From assembly GCF_030144855.1 (NCBI RefSeq), contig NC_082714.1:131130001-131194000 (forward strand): a DNA stretch of 64,000 bases. The letters run 5' to 3'. This DNA comes from Hypanus sabinus (taxonomy: Eukaryota). The translations under genes and the position numbers were made by a program. Each line of letters begins with the position of its first letter. Within the stretch, counting starts at the first letter, position 1. The notes under the pieces are model-generated. The model had not been told where the DNA came from. It ran no database searches and saw nothing but the letters and a program-made list of their open reading frames with translations. This document shows, one piece after another, positions 26,603 to 39,412 of the stretch.

Positions 26603-27462
26603 CACTTAGTGGCCACTTTATTAATACACCTTCTAATTATTGCAAATACCCAAGCAGCCACTCGTGTGGCAGTAACTCAATGGATAAATACATGCAGACG
26701 TGGTCAAGAGGTTCAGCTGTTGTTCAGACCAAACATCAGAATGGGGGAAGAAATGTGATCTAAGTGACTTTGACCGTGGAATGATGTTGGTGCCAGACAG
26801 GGTGGTTTCAGTAACTCAGAAACTGTGGATCTCCTGAGATTTTGTTTATTTTAATTTTATTTATTTATTTTTACACACAATATTCTCGAGAGTTTGCAGA
26901 GAATGGTGCAAAAAAAAATCCAGTGAGTGGCAGTTCTTTGGGCGACTGCCCTGGCTGCTGTGCTCCATGACACTAATAAGATGAACTGATAGGTTGAGCC
27001 TACTCCAGGCTTTTTTGGCATCCGGCTCTAAAAACTCAATTTTGCTCTTGTTTGATTCAATTGTTTGCATAATTAGTAGCATTTTCTCTTTCACTCATGC
27101 AACTGGTGTTGGTCTTTTATTTTTATTTTTATTCCTTTTTGTCTTTAATTGGGTTCTTTTGGGTTGCTTACTTTGTGGCCTCCTGTGAGTGTGCAAATCT
27201 CAAAGCTGTGTAATGTATACATTCTTTAATAATAAATGTAATTGAAAGTGCCTTGTAAATGAGAGAGGTCAGGGGAGAATGACCAGACTCGTTCAAGTGG
27301 ACAGGAAGGTGACATCAACTCAAACAACAATGCATTGCCACAGTGGTGTGCAGAAGAGCATCTCTGAATGCACAATATATCGAACCTTGAAGTGGATGAG
27401 CTACGGCAGCAGTGGGCCACACTGGGTTCCTCTTCTGTACCTAATAAAGTGGCCACTGTTTG
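26603..27462 (+). mobile_element. Tc1-derived non-autonomous element with both TIRs; LINE 3' fragment inserted at ~26950-27250
   Basis: TA-CACTTAGTGGCCACTTTATT ... AATAAAGTGGCCACTGTTTG-TA; ORF 27279 MTRLVQVDRK..VQKSISECT..RTLKWM. Confidence 0.85.
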
Positions 27463-28394
27463 TAGTTGTGGCCCTCCTCATCCCTGGTTTCACTCAAGTG
27501 ATTTTGGCACATGCTGTCTGGACAATGCTTTCTACTAAGCCCATGATGATGGCACCAATGTAATTGAGTTAACTGTATTACTTGTCTGCAGGTATTGATA
27601 CCAGGGTATCCCTTTCCCTTGCACTGTTAGCAAGGATACAAATATGTTGCTATTATTTCTCCAGAGGAAATGCACCAGAGTGCAAACGTTGCTGTAAGAG
27701 CATGGCTAAATAAACCTTCTATTTAAGCTTTTAAATTTAAAAATCCTGTTTCAACTTTCCTCTTTCCTTTTATAATTTCTTTCCAGACCATGATTACTAT
27801 TAAGTTGTGCAATTACTATTTTCCTTCAACCTTCCTATTAATATATCTGCCAGCTAATACATAACCTTTCAACACATATCTAATTTACTATTTTAAACTC
27901 ATCATCGTTTTCATTTTTTAAGTATTTTTATGTTTTACAGTAATTATTCAGATCAATTTGAACTGTTCTCACTTATCTCTGATTATTTGAGACATTTATA
28001 GAAGTGATACAGACCTTTGACGTATGAGCCACAAGACTATTGGAGGATGCTGGAGTGTATGAGGCGTTTAAAGATGTACCATCCGAAGACTATTTATCAT
28101 CCCCTAAGACAGTGCAGGAAATGGTTCAAGCTGGAAAATATTCAGCAAAATATATTTAAATTAACTTTGATAGTGCTACCTGTGATTGCTGAGCTGTCAT
28201 CCAATGGTAACTGCAAAAGGATACCAAATACTCTTGGCATTCATATCCAGTCAGCATACAACCAGCCCACAGCAATTGACAATGGATCCTAGATTTCAAC
28301 AACTCACCTGGGTTAGAGAAGGATGGTATGACTTGTGATAACATCGTTGATAACATTGTCCTGAAGGAAGATGGGCAGGAGGCAATCACAGGCA

Positions 28395-28615
28395 GAGGCT
28401 GGTGAGTATATGGAACAAGCTTCCAGTGAAAGTGGTAGAGCTGGTTACAATCACAATATTTTGAAGACATTTGGAAAGCTGCATGTCTAGGAAAGATTTA
28501 AAGGAAGACTGACCAAATGCAGGCAATTGGGATCAGCTCAGGAAGAAACCTTGATTGGCATAAGTGATTCAGACCAATGAAACTTTTTTCCATGTTATAC
28601 AATTTTTATATAATC
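28395..28615 (+). mobile_element. old CR1 3' fragment
   Basis: GGTGAGTATATGGAACAAGCTTCCAG..GTGGTAGAG..GAAGACATTTGGA. Confidence 0.55.
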
Positions 28616-29582
28616 TAGAAAATTGTATACATTTTACAGGGTGCTGGAGGAATTTAACAAAGACTTACAACAAGATGATATGCCAGAATTTAACAAGTTT
28701 ATGCTTGACTGAAAGGCTTCGAGCAAGTAACATACTACTTCAAAGTTATGTAGAAAGAAAACAACAGGAAGAACCAAAAGCAAATGGTGAAGTGGCGTAG
28801 GACATCATGAGAACTAATAGAACTGTGTACCATGCAGTGCCTTTGACAGCATATGCTGCCTTCCTCAATTATAGGGATTACATTGCAAATGTAAAAGGAT
28901 GTAGCTGAAGCAGATGCATGCATACTTTGGAATGAGATTCCAAAACAGTAACAATATGACCCGTGACCACCTATGTTGCAAACACTGCAGGAAGTGGAGT
29001 GCAGATCAATTCAGTGGTTCCATAAGCATCAGATCAGAGCAAAACTCCTTAGATCTAGCATATCCACTCAAGAGTAACATTAGACAATCAACATTAAATG
29101 AAGAAAAGGATGCTACCCATAAACATTTTATCTTTGACTGTGTCCCCTACATAAATATGGCACAGACATGACTTAAAAATGAAGTGAATTGCATTTACTT
29201 TAAGCCAGAAGTGTGAAAATAAACAGAATAAGTTGCCTCTTCCCAGGGTCCCCGCTACAGTATAGGTATCGAGCTAATTTGGTTTATTCCATATGGTATT
29301 TAAAATGAGCCAAAGGAAGATGAGTTCAGGCAATGTTCTAGCTGTTGCATGGAGATCTGTGTAATAGTTCACAGGCGTTAACCCTAACCTTGATGGAGCT
29401 ATATTGATCTAGATTGTGGGTGGGGTTAAGGGGAGGGCAAAGTTGGTGGCAATTGGGTAAGTATTCAGTCACACTCCCTTCATCACAGGAGCTGCATCAG
29501 GAGGGTAGGAACACAGCAGTCCTATCCGTGGTAAGCATTCAGCTCTTGATCCTTAAAGGCTTTGCCACTATCCACAAATCAG

Positions 29583-29717
29583 CTTTTTTAAATTATTCAT
29601 TTACAGGATGTGGGTGTCACCAGCTAAGCCAGTATTTATTGCCCATCTCTAGCTGCCCTTGAGAAGGTGGTGATGAACTGCTTTCTTGAACCACTGCAAT
29701 CCCTGAGGTATAGGTGA
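29583..29717 (-). repeat. old LINE/SINE 3' fragment
   Basis: ATTTATTGCCCATCTCTAGCTGCCCTTGAGAAGGTGGTG resembles a chondrichthyan retroposon end (recognised from memory, not searched). Confidence 0.45.
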
Positions 29718-30784
29718 CCCAATTCATTTGTATTTCTCTTCTTTTTAGCAGTGATTCATAGGAATACCATCACCTCAAAATTCTCTACAAGTTATTCACA
29801 ATACTAACTCAAATAAGATCTTGAATTTCATTCCCTTTCATAGCTAAGGCTCCAGTGATGGGGTTCAATAGTCTTTCAAACTGTTATTATTGCCACATTG
29901 GCTGAAACATCTGAAATTGGAGACTGTTTGATACAGTCCTTGCTTCAAATATCTGGACTCATGAAATCAGCCAAAAACAATAGAAAGAAAATTTCCACAG
30001 CATGAAATTAATTTCAGTTGTCTCAATTTTGTTCTTAATAATCACAGCCCTAAAGCATAAATATCACAAATTTACATTCAACCATCAGTTTCAAAGAGAC
30101 ACTTTGACTGGTACATAGGAAAAGAGTCACATCAATGATCAATGGAGCTTATGGTATGTTTGCATATGTAAGCAGATTAAAGTAAGCTTCACTCTGTATC
30201 CTGCTAAAAATAAATATCTGAAATGCCTTGTTCTAACATTCTTGAGTGTGGACGCAAAAATAAAGCAATAGCAAGGTACCAAAAAGTAAACATTCCTCAT
30301 CATCTTCTCTACTATTCCTTTGGTAAGTTTTGGCAAGGAACCATCATACTCAAGTCTGCAAACTTAGGTTGATAACAAGTATATCACTTACACTTGGTGG
30401 CCACTTCTTTAGGTAGATGATAGGTATATCCAGCTCATTAATGAGAATATCTTAACAGCCAATAACGTTGCAGCAACATAATACATAAAAGTGAGGACCA
30501 GTTGTGAGGATCAAGAAGGTATGGACAAGGAAAGCACAGGAGCATTGACCGGACTGCTTTAAATCAGTGGACTGGACAGTATTCAGGGATTCATGTTTGA
30601 ATCTGGGTGAGTATGCTGCAGTTGTTACCAACTTCATTAAAACCTGTGTGGATGAGTGTATGCCTATGAAAACTTGCTGTACTTCCCAAATCAAAAGCTG
30701 AGGATGAACCAGGAGGTACGTCATCTGCTGAGGGCATTCAAGTCTGATCACCCAGTCTGTACAGGAAAACCAGGTATGACTTGT

Positions 30785-30913
30785 CCTGACGAAGGGTCTC
30801 AGCCCAAAACGTCAGCTGTACTTTTCCCTATAGATGCTGCCTGAACTGCTGCCTTCCACCAGCATTTTGGGTGTGTTGCTTGAATTTCCAGCATCTGCAG
30901 ATTTCCTCATGTT
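30785..30913 (+). mobile_element. minimal Penelope pLTR unit beginning at the hammerhead motif
   Basis: CCTGACGAAGGGTCTCAGCCCAAAACGTC...; perfect 10 bp TSD TATGACTTGT at 30775-30784 and 30914-30923. Confidence 0.85.
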
Positions 30914-31190
30914 TATGACTTGTGAAGGGCTATTTCAAGTGTGAAGAGACAGTTCCGAGAGAAGTTGGAGGTGACATTGGATGCACAACAATTCTGGCAG
31001 AGTGTGCAAGGCACTACTTCCTACAAAGTGAAACCCAATAGCATGAATGGCAGCGATGATTCATTATCAGATGAGCTCAACGCCACCTATGTCCACTTTG
31101 AAAGGGAAAATATAGCTACAGCTGTGAAGATCCCTGCTGAATCTGGTGACCTAGTGATCTCAGTCTCGGAGACCAATGTTAAGCAGTCTT

Positions 31191-32377
31191 TAACCATATA
31201 ACCATATAACAATTACAGCACGGAAACAGGGCATCTTGGCCGTTCTAGTCTGTGCCGAACGCTTACTTTCACCTAGTCCCACTGACCCGCACTCAGCCCA
31301 TAACCCTCCATTCCTTTCCTGTCCATATACCTATCCAGTTTTACTTTAAATGACAATAGCGAACCTGCCTCTACCACTTCTACTGGAAGCTCATTCCACA
31401 CAGCTACCACTCTCTGAGTACAGAAATTCCCCCTCATGTTACCCATAAACTTTTGCCCCCAACTCTCAACTCATGTCCTCTTGTTTGAATCTCCCCTACT
31501 CTATCCACGTCAAAAGAAGTCATATTCATGAAAAAGCCTATCCACGTCAACTCTATCTATCCCCCTCATAATTTTAAATACCTCTATCATGTCCCCCCTC
31601 ACCCTTCTATGCTCCAAAGAATAAAGACCTAACTTCTTCAATCTTTCCCTGTAACTTAGGTGCTGAAACCTAGGTAACATTCTAGTAAATCTTCTCTATA
31701 CTCTCTCTATTTTGTTGACATCTTTCCTATAATTTGGTGACCAGAAATGTACACAATACTCCAAATTCGGCCTTACCAAAGCCTTGTACAATTTTAGCAT
31801 TACATCCCAACTCCTAAACTCAATGCTCTGATTTATAAAGGCCAACATACCAAAAGCTTTCTTCACCACCCTATCCACATGAGATTCCACCTTCAGGGAA
31901 CTATGCACCATTATTCCTAGATCACTCTGTTCTACTGCATTCTTCAATGCCCTACCATTTATCATGTATGTCCTATTTGGATTATTCCTACCAAAATGTA
32001 GCACCTCACACTTATCAGCATTAAACTCCATCTGCCATCGTTCAGCCCACTCTTCTAACTGGCCTAAATATCTGCAAACTTTGAAAACCTACTTCATTAT
32101 CCCAACGCCACCTACCTTAGTATCATCTGCATACTTCCTAATCCAATTTACCACCCCATCATCCAGATCATTAATCAACATTAGTTCCAGTACAGATCCC
32201 TGAGGCACACCACTAGTCACCGGCCTCCAACCTGACAAATAGTTATCCACCACTACTCTCTGGCATCTCCCATCCAGCCACTGTTGAATCCATTTTACTA
32301 CTTCAATATTAATACCTAACGATTGAATCTTCCGAACTATCCTTCCGTGCAGAACCTTGTCAAAGGCCTTACTGAAG
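31191..32377 (-). mobile_element. CR1 3' portion
   Basis: MEFNADKCEVLHFG..RPNLEYCVHFWSP; (ACCATATA)n tail. Confidence 0.9.
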
Positions 32378-33690
32378 GAGAGTGAACCCTCACAAGGTGG
32401 CAGGTCCTGATGGCATATCTAGTAAGGCTCTGAAAACCTGTGCCAACAACCTGACAGGTGTATTCAAGGACATTTTCAACCTCTCACTGTTATAGTCGGA
32501 AGTTCTCACCTGCTTCAAAAAAACAATAATTATACCAGTGCCTAAGGATAGTAGTGTGAGTTGTGTTAATAACTATCGCCCAGTCATACCATCAATGGTG
32601 ATGAAATGCTTTGAGGAGTCGGTCATGGCTAGAATGAAATTGTGACTCAGTAACGGCTTGGACCCTTTGTAATTTTCCTATCATCACAATATGTCTAGAG
32701 CAGATGCAATCTCAGTGGCTCTTCACACAGCTTTGATCACCTGGACAATACAAAGAACTTTGTCAGGATGCTGTTTGTTGACTATAGCCCAGCATTTAAC
32801 ACCATCATTCCCATAATACTGATCATTAAGTTACAGTACCTGGGCTTCTGTACCTCTCTCAACAACTGAATCCTCGACTTCCTAACCAGATGACCACAGT
32901 CCATGCGGATTGATAATAATATGTTCTCCTTGCTGACGATCAACACTGGTGCATCTCAGGGATGTGTGCTTAACCCACTGCTCTACTTTTTCTACACCCA
33001 TGACAGTGTGGCTAGGCATAGCTCAAATACCATCTATAAATTTGCTGATGATGAAACCATTGCCGGGAGAATCTCAAACGGTGACAAAAGGGTGACCAGG
33101 AGTGAGATATAGAAGCTAGTTGATTGGTGTTGCAACAACAACCTTGCACTCAATGTCAGGAAGACAGAAGAGCTGATTGTGGACTTCGGGATGGGTACGA
33201 CAAAGGAACATGAACCAGTCATCACAGAGGTATCAGTGTGGAGAGAGTGAGCAATATCAAGTTCCTGATTGTCAAGATCCCTGAGGGTCTAACCCGATCG
33301 AAACATATCAATGCAGCTATAAGGAAGGCAAGACAGTGGCTATATTTCATTAGGAGGCTGAAGGTATTTGGTTTGTCAACTAAAACACTTGAAAACTTCT
33401 ATAGATGTATCATGGAGAGCATTCTGACAGGCTGCATCACTGTCTGGTATTGAGTGGGGTGGGGGGAGGGTCTACTGCACAGGGCCAAAATAAGCTACAT
33501 AAAGTCATAAAATTAGTCGGCTGCAGCTTGGATACTTGCCTTCATAGTACCTAAGACATCTTCAAAGAGAGGTGCATCAAAAAATGCATCCATTATTAAG
33601 GACCCCTATCAACTAGGACATGCTCTCTTCTCATTTTTACTGTCAGGAAGGAAGTACAGAAGGCACATACTCAGTGATTCAGGAACAGCT

Positions 33691-34178
33691 TGAAAAACAC
33701 GATCAACGCCTCTCATTATTTTATACTTCTGTCAGGTCACCTCTCATCTTCCATTGCTCCAAGGAGAAAAGGCCGAGTTCACTCAACCTATTCTCATAAG
33801 GCATGCTCCCCAATCCAGGCAACATCCTGTAAATCTCCTCTGCACCCTTTCTATGGTTTCCACATCCTTCCTGTAGTGAGGTGACCAAAACTGAGCACAG
33901 TACTCCAAGTGGGGTCTGACCAGGGTCCTAAATAGCTGCAACATTACCTTTTGGTTCTTAAACTCAATCCTACAATTGATGAAGGCCAATATACCATATG
34001 CCTTTTTAACCACAGAGTCAACCTGCACAGCTGCTTTGAGCGTCCTATGGACTTGGACCCCAAGATCTCTCTGATCCTCCACACTGCCAAGGGTCTTACC
34101 ATTAATACTATATTCTGCCATCATATTTGACCTACCAAAATGAACCACCTCACAATTATCTGGGTTGAATTCCATCTG
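33691..34178 (-). mobile_element. CR1 RT C-terminal fragment
   Basis: ORF 33783..34175 RPHLEYCAQFWSPHYRKD. Confidence 0.88.
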
Positions 34179-35518
34179 AGTAGATTAGAAACTGCTGATC
34201 TGGGGTTTTCACACACAACACTTTCTAGAGTTTACAGAGAATGGTGTGAAAAACAAAAACATCCAGTCAGCAGCAATTCTGTGGGAAAAAAAACCCTTGT
34301 TAATGAGAGAGGTCAGAGGAAAATGGCCAGACTGGATTAAGCTGACTTGAAGGCGACAGTAACTTAAATGACCACACATTATAACAATGGTGTGTCAAGA
34401 GCATTTCTGAACACACCAACATGTTGAAGTACAGCAGCAGATGACAGCAAACATACACTCATTGGCCGCTTTATAAGGTATAGGAGGTACTTAATAAAGT
34501 ATCCACTGAGTGTATTAACTATGGATTGGATTTTAATAATTTTGCACATCCACCATTAAATTAATATTTAGAAAAGTTCCTCCATCTTTTGTGTGCAGGA
34601 AAAATTTACACTGGATTGTTTGTACAAACAATAATTATTTAAAAATAGGTCAGAAATATCATGTTTCAATCTTGTTGCCTTTGGGTATGTTATACATTCA
34701 AAGATCATTCCAAGTCTAAGCCAATTAACACAAGTTAATTAGAATTCTGAAAACTGCCTTCAGATTCCATTAGCAAGGGTTTCAATTCAGGTATGCTACA
34801 AACAGCCCAGGATATATTCGCAATCAATTTTATGAAACTACGTTCTTTATCTTGAAGCCATATTGTTGGCCGATATTAATTGTAACTGCCAGATAATACT
34901 GGATGAAAAATTCAAAATTTATGTTTTGTTGTCGAATAGTTTTCACTTTGTCTCAATTATGAAACAATATGTAAGAGAGCAAAGCTTAGAATTTTCAGCA
35001 CAATCCAGAAATACTAGCTGAAATACATTTGTACTGGCTGGGTTACAGTTCAAGTTTCCAATTAAAATTTCAATAGCACAGTCAGAAACAAATTGTTGAA
35101 GGATTGTAAAGCAAAACAAAAAAAAACTGCAGATGCTGCAAAAGCAAAATAAAAATGGAAAATTCAGCATCTGTAAACTTGTTTCCAGTTCTGAAAGAGT
35201 TGTTGGCCTTAATTTTATTCATCTTTAAATGGACATTGTACAGTCATTTTGCTGAATACCCTCAGAATAATTGTTCCTTCAAATTGGAATGTTTTTACCT
35301 CCATGCTATGTTAGTTATAAATGGGTTCTTGCCTGTCTACTTCTCAGTTCCCTTTTACTATTACCTTTAAAGATACAGTATATCTTGGACATAGATTTTG
35401 GCGATATGTTCCATTATCTGAAGTAGCATGACACTCTCAGATTTTGTTTGATTAACGTTTCTCTGAAGGTCTATGGTATATTCTCCAGGAATAAAGATAA
35501 TTTTATGTGATCTTACTC

Positions 35519-36543
35519 CGTAAGACAATAAGCTATAGGAGCAGAACTGGGCCATTTAGCCCACAGAGTCTGCTCCGTCATTTCATCATGGCTGACTTAA
35601 TTTTCCTCTCAGTCCCAAACTCCTGCCTTCTCCTGTATCTCATCATTACTGACCAGTCAAGGATCTATCAATCACTGCCTTAAATATACATAAAGATTTG
35701 GCCTCTACAGCTGCCTGTGACAAAGAATTCCACAGATTCACCACTCTCTGGCTAAAGAAATTTCTACCCATTTCTGTTCTAAATGTATGCCCCTCTATTC
35801 TGATTCTGTGTTCCCTGGTCTTAGCCTGTTCCACCATATCATGGCCTTTCACCATTTGATAGGCTTCAATGAGGTCACCCCTCATTCTTCTGAATTCTAG
35901 TGAATAAAGACCCAAAGCCATCAATCATTCTTCATAATGACAAGCCATTCAATTGTGGAATCATTTTCATGAACGTCCTTTGAGCCCTCTCCAGTTTCAG
36001 CACATCCTTTCCAAGACAAGGGGCACACAGCTGCTCACAATACACCACGTGAGGCCTCACCAGTGCTTTATAAAGTCACAACATTACATCCTAGTTTTTA
36101 TATTCTAGTCCTCTTGAAATGAATGCTAACATTGCATTTGCCTTCCTTAGCACAGTCTCAATCGGCAAATTAACCTTTAGGGAAACCAGTACCCGGACTC
36201 TCAAGTCCCTTTGCACCTCAGTTTTCTTATTCATTCTTCCACCAAACTGCATGACCATATACTTCCCAACACTGTATTCCATCTGCCATTTCTTTGCCCA
36301 TTCTCCTAATCTGTCTAAGTCCTTCTGTAGCTTCTCAACTTCCTCAGAACTACCTACCCCTCTACATATCTTCATAACCTCTGTAAACTTAGCAACAAAG
36401 CCATCAATTTCATCATCCAAATCATTGACATATAATATAAAAAGCACTGGTCCCAACGCAGATCCCTATGGAACACCACTATTCACTGGCAGCCAATCAG
36501 AAAAGGCTCCCTTTATTCACAATCTTTTTCTCCTGCCAATCAG
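35519..36543 (-). mobile_element. CR1 3' portion, 5'-truncated
   Basis: LGPVLFILYVNDLDD, WQMEYSVGK, RGDLIEAY. Confidence 0.88.
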
Positions 36544-36788
36544 CATACGCCATCTGCATAGGTGTCAAATTTTAGCTTTACCATGAACAACAGAATTTGA
36601 AAAAGTAACACATTATGGGCTTTTCTACAGAGTACTCTCAATTGCTTCTGCACTCCCTCATCATCCACCCTCCCACCCCCCAACTTATTCCCAAATGTAC
36701 AGTGCTCATTTAGGACATATTCAAACATCACTCCAGCCTAACATAAAAACAAAATGTAGCAATATTTTTAATAATACTTTGCAATCTA

Positions 36789-37072
36789 CAGTGGTGCTAG
36801 AAAGTTTGTGAACGCTGTAGAATTTTCTCTATTTCTGCATACAGTAAATATGACCTAAAACGTGATCAAATCTGCACGTAAGTCCTAAAGACAGATAAAG
36901 AGAACCCAATTAAATTAATGTTTTTATTTACTATAATGTTTGTGTTATTTATTTAATTGGGTTCTCTTTATCTGGTTTTAAGGCTAGCATGAAGATCTGA
37001 TCACATTTTAGGTCATAATTATTCAGAAATAGAGAAAACTCTACAGGGTTCACAAACTTTCTATCACCACTG
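36789..37072. mobile_element. Tc1/mariner-type MITE, almost entirely palindromic (~130 bp TIRs)
   Basis: TA-CAGTGGTGCTAGAAAGTTTGTGAAC ... GTTCACAAACTTTCTATCACCACTG-TA. Confidence 0.9.
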
Positions 37073-39368
37073 TATACAATTTTGTAGAAATCTCTTTGAT
37101 GACTTAATTTATTTTAAATTAACTTCATTGGAATTGCTTTTAACAAAAGTGCTCTGATCTCCTTGGCACCAGAACGTACTGCAGCTTACATTTAACTGCT
37201 AGGAAAGCATTACATTTCATTGACACCAGCTGTGTGGAGCAAGCTAGTTGCAACTGAAAATCTCCTCAAACACCTACACATGTAGATTGAATACGTCTGG
37301 CAAACTATTGGCCAATTCACCAACCAAAGTATGCAAACTCTTCTCAGCTTCAATTACATTTGTTGTAATTTGCTGTTTATATTTAATGTACGAAGAGTCA
37401 CAGGGTAGACATCACTAGCAGCAATGAGGAATCATGCTAACACTAGTTTCAGCACAAAGAAACACTTTCAGAGTATGTTATGTTTAAACCACACCTGAAA
37501 TTTTTCCCCTTATACATTTTAGTTCTTCATCTGGAAATTATTTAAATTATTTTATTTTCTGCCAGTTTTCCCTCATTAGAATATTCCCATTGCATTTTGA
37601 TATGGTAATGGACGTGTTTCTGGTGATTTGCAGTGGGATATTTCATGTATATGGGATTCAGATAATAAAATTATTCATCACTGCTTGCATAAAATGTTGA
37701 ATGTCAGCATTATAATATCGTACAATGACAAGTGGTCTCATGCAAAGTTTCATGGATAACAAATACTAGCTGATTTAATTTTATTTAATTATTCAAAGCT
37801 CCCATAGCCAATGAAATGCAGGAATATACACTCATTTAAGTGTTTGAGCTTTTTCCTTTATTCAGTGAGATCAAAAACTGATCTGTGACTTAAGTCAGCT
37901 TGCATCACTTTTTCCTCAAATTCATTAATATCTCCAGTTTTCAAAAATTACCAATCACAGAGTTAAAGATAACAGTTACCCAAACATTAATTGGTCTTTG
38001 CAGAATAGAATGACAGATTTCTATATTCTCTACACATAGCAACCTTCACTAATTTCACTCCTAAGGCACCAGGCTCTTAGTTATAGGTTATGTCCCCCTT
38101 TCTTAGATTTCTTGACCAAAAAAAAATTTTCATAAAACTAGTACAAAAGCAGAAACAGCTGGAAAAAATAAGGTGGTCAGGCAGCATCCATGGAAAGTGA
38201 AATACTTGATATTTTGAATCTGTGCCTCTTCATCTGAATTGGAAATAAGAAATAATTTTCAATAGAAGTGAAGATGGGGAGGGACGTGTAGAACAAGGGA
38301 TTGCTGGTAATAAATTAAGCTAGCATTATTTTTTTGGAACAGGATGGTAAGGTTACAAAGCAGCAAGACAGAAGCTGTGGTAAGGTAAAGAGTTAACATT
38401 CAGGATGAAGGCCTTTTCATCAGATATGCGAAAGAGAGAACTTAGTGCAGCAGTGAAATTTGGGTAAAACCAAGGGAACTACTCTGACAGCGAGACAGAG
38501 CTAAGATATAATGATTATGTAATTTGTTGCTGATGTGATTCTGCCATTTGGGACATATTCGACCAATCAGACTATACATGGTGAGGAAAAGTGAAAAGGA
38601 ATGGAAGCAGAAATGGTTCTGATATAGACAGGAAGAAAGAGTATGTTTTCCTAAAATTGGAAAATTTGATTTCAGTCCAAAAGGCAGCACTGCGCTCTTG
38701 AGCTTGTATTGGGTGTAACAGTGCAGCAGGATATCTTGAATAGCTCAATTCAATCACCCTTGTTTAACCTTATAAATTCTAGAAATTTCAACCCTCAGCT
38801 CATTAACTTTGTCTTGTAATTTAACTTCTAACTTCCAGATATCATCTTGGTAGATATTTGAGGTGCTTCCTCCAAGGCCAATATTATCTACCAAGAAAGA
38901 TGTGCCCAGAACTACTGAAAGCATTCCATGCACTGTCTACATCAGGCTTGGCTTCTATCTCCTAGTTCTTTGCCATTATATATAACAAGGCCAGAATTCC
39001 CTCAAGCTTTTTGATTATTTTCTACACTTGTCTTTTAATTAGAGCAAAACTCAATAAATGTTGAGATTCCAAAAGAAAAACAGATATTGGTGGAAGCACT
39101 TATCAAATCAGATAACACCTGGGTAGAGAAAAACATCAAATTTTGGTCAGAAATGAAAAAAATGAGAAGCCTAGTGTTGTTTTTAAGGTTGCAGAAAGAG
39201 AAAGCACAGGGGATGTCTGTGATAGGATGCAATCAAAAGTTCTCATGGTAATAATTGCTTTACTATGGCAATCCAAGACCAGAGGAGAAAGAAACAATTG
39301 AAAATTGAATTATCCAACAACATCATCCATTCTGCAGGAGTGACCCTGAGCACTTTAAAGTAACCTAT

Positions 39369-39412
39369 CACTTCGTCCTGACGAAGGGTCTCGGCTTGAA
39401 ATGTCGACAGTG
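39369..39412 (+). ncRNA. minimal type I hammerhead ribozyme motif (best-preserved copy) in a PLE pLTR unit extending to ~39470
   Basis: GTC-CTGACGA-A-GGG-TCTCGG-CTT-GAAA-TGTC-GAC: CUGANGA and GAAA core boxes, GUC cleavage triplet, helix I GTC/GAC extended by CACT/AGTG. Confidence 0.6.

Larger units (their letters stand above)
30495..33690 (+). mobile_element. Rex1/Babar-like LINE, degenerate, with nested PLE unit and CR1
   Basis: DELNATYVHFE, TINTGASQGCVLNPLLY, YKFADD, KARQWLYFIRRL; homologous to the minus copy 40612-42636. Confidence 0.85.
30391..34512 (+). mobile_element. Tc1-derived element split by nested insertions (left end 30391-~30492, right part ~34180-34512)
   Basis: Left TIR CACTTGGTGGCCACTT, right TIR AAAGTATCCACTGAGTG-TA; internal sequence collinear with 26603-27462. 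Confidence 0.65.

Noticed and set aside
28300-28385. Minus-strand exon with good acceptor and GTGAGT donor
   Set aside because: Short, unrecognisable peptide and lies among decayed LINE remnants
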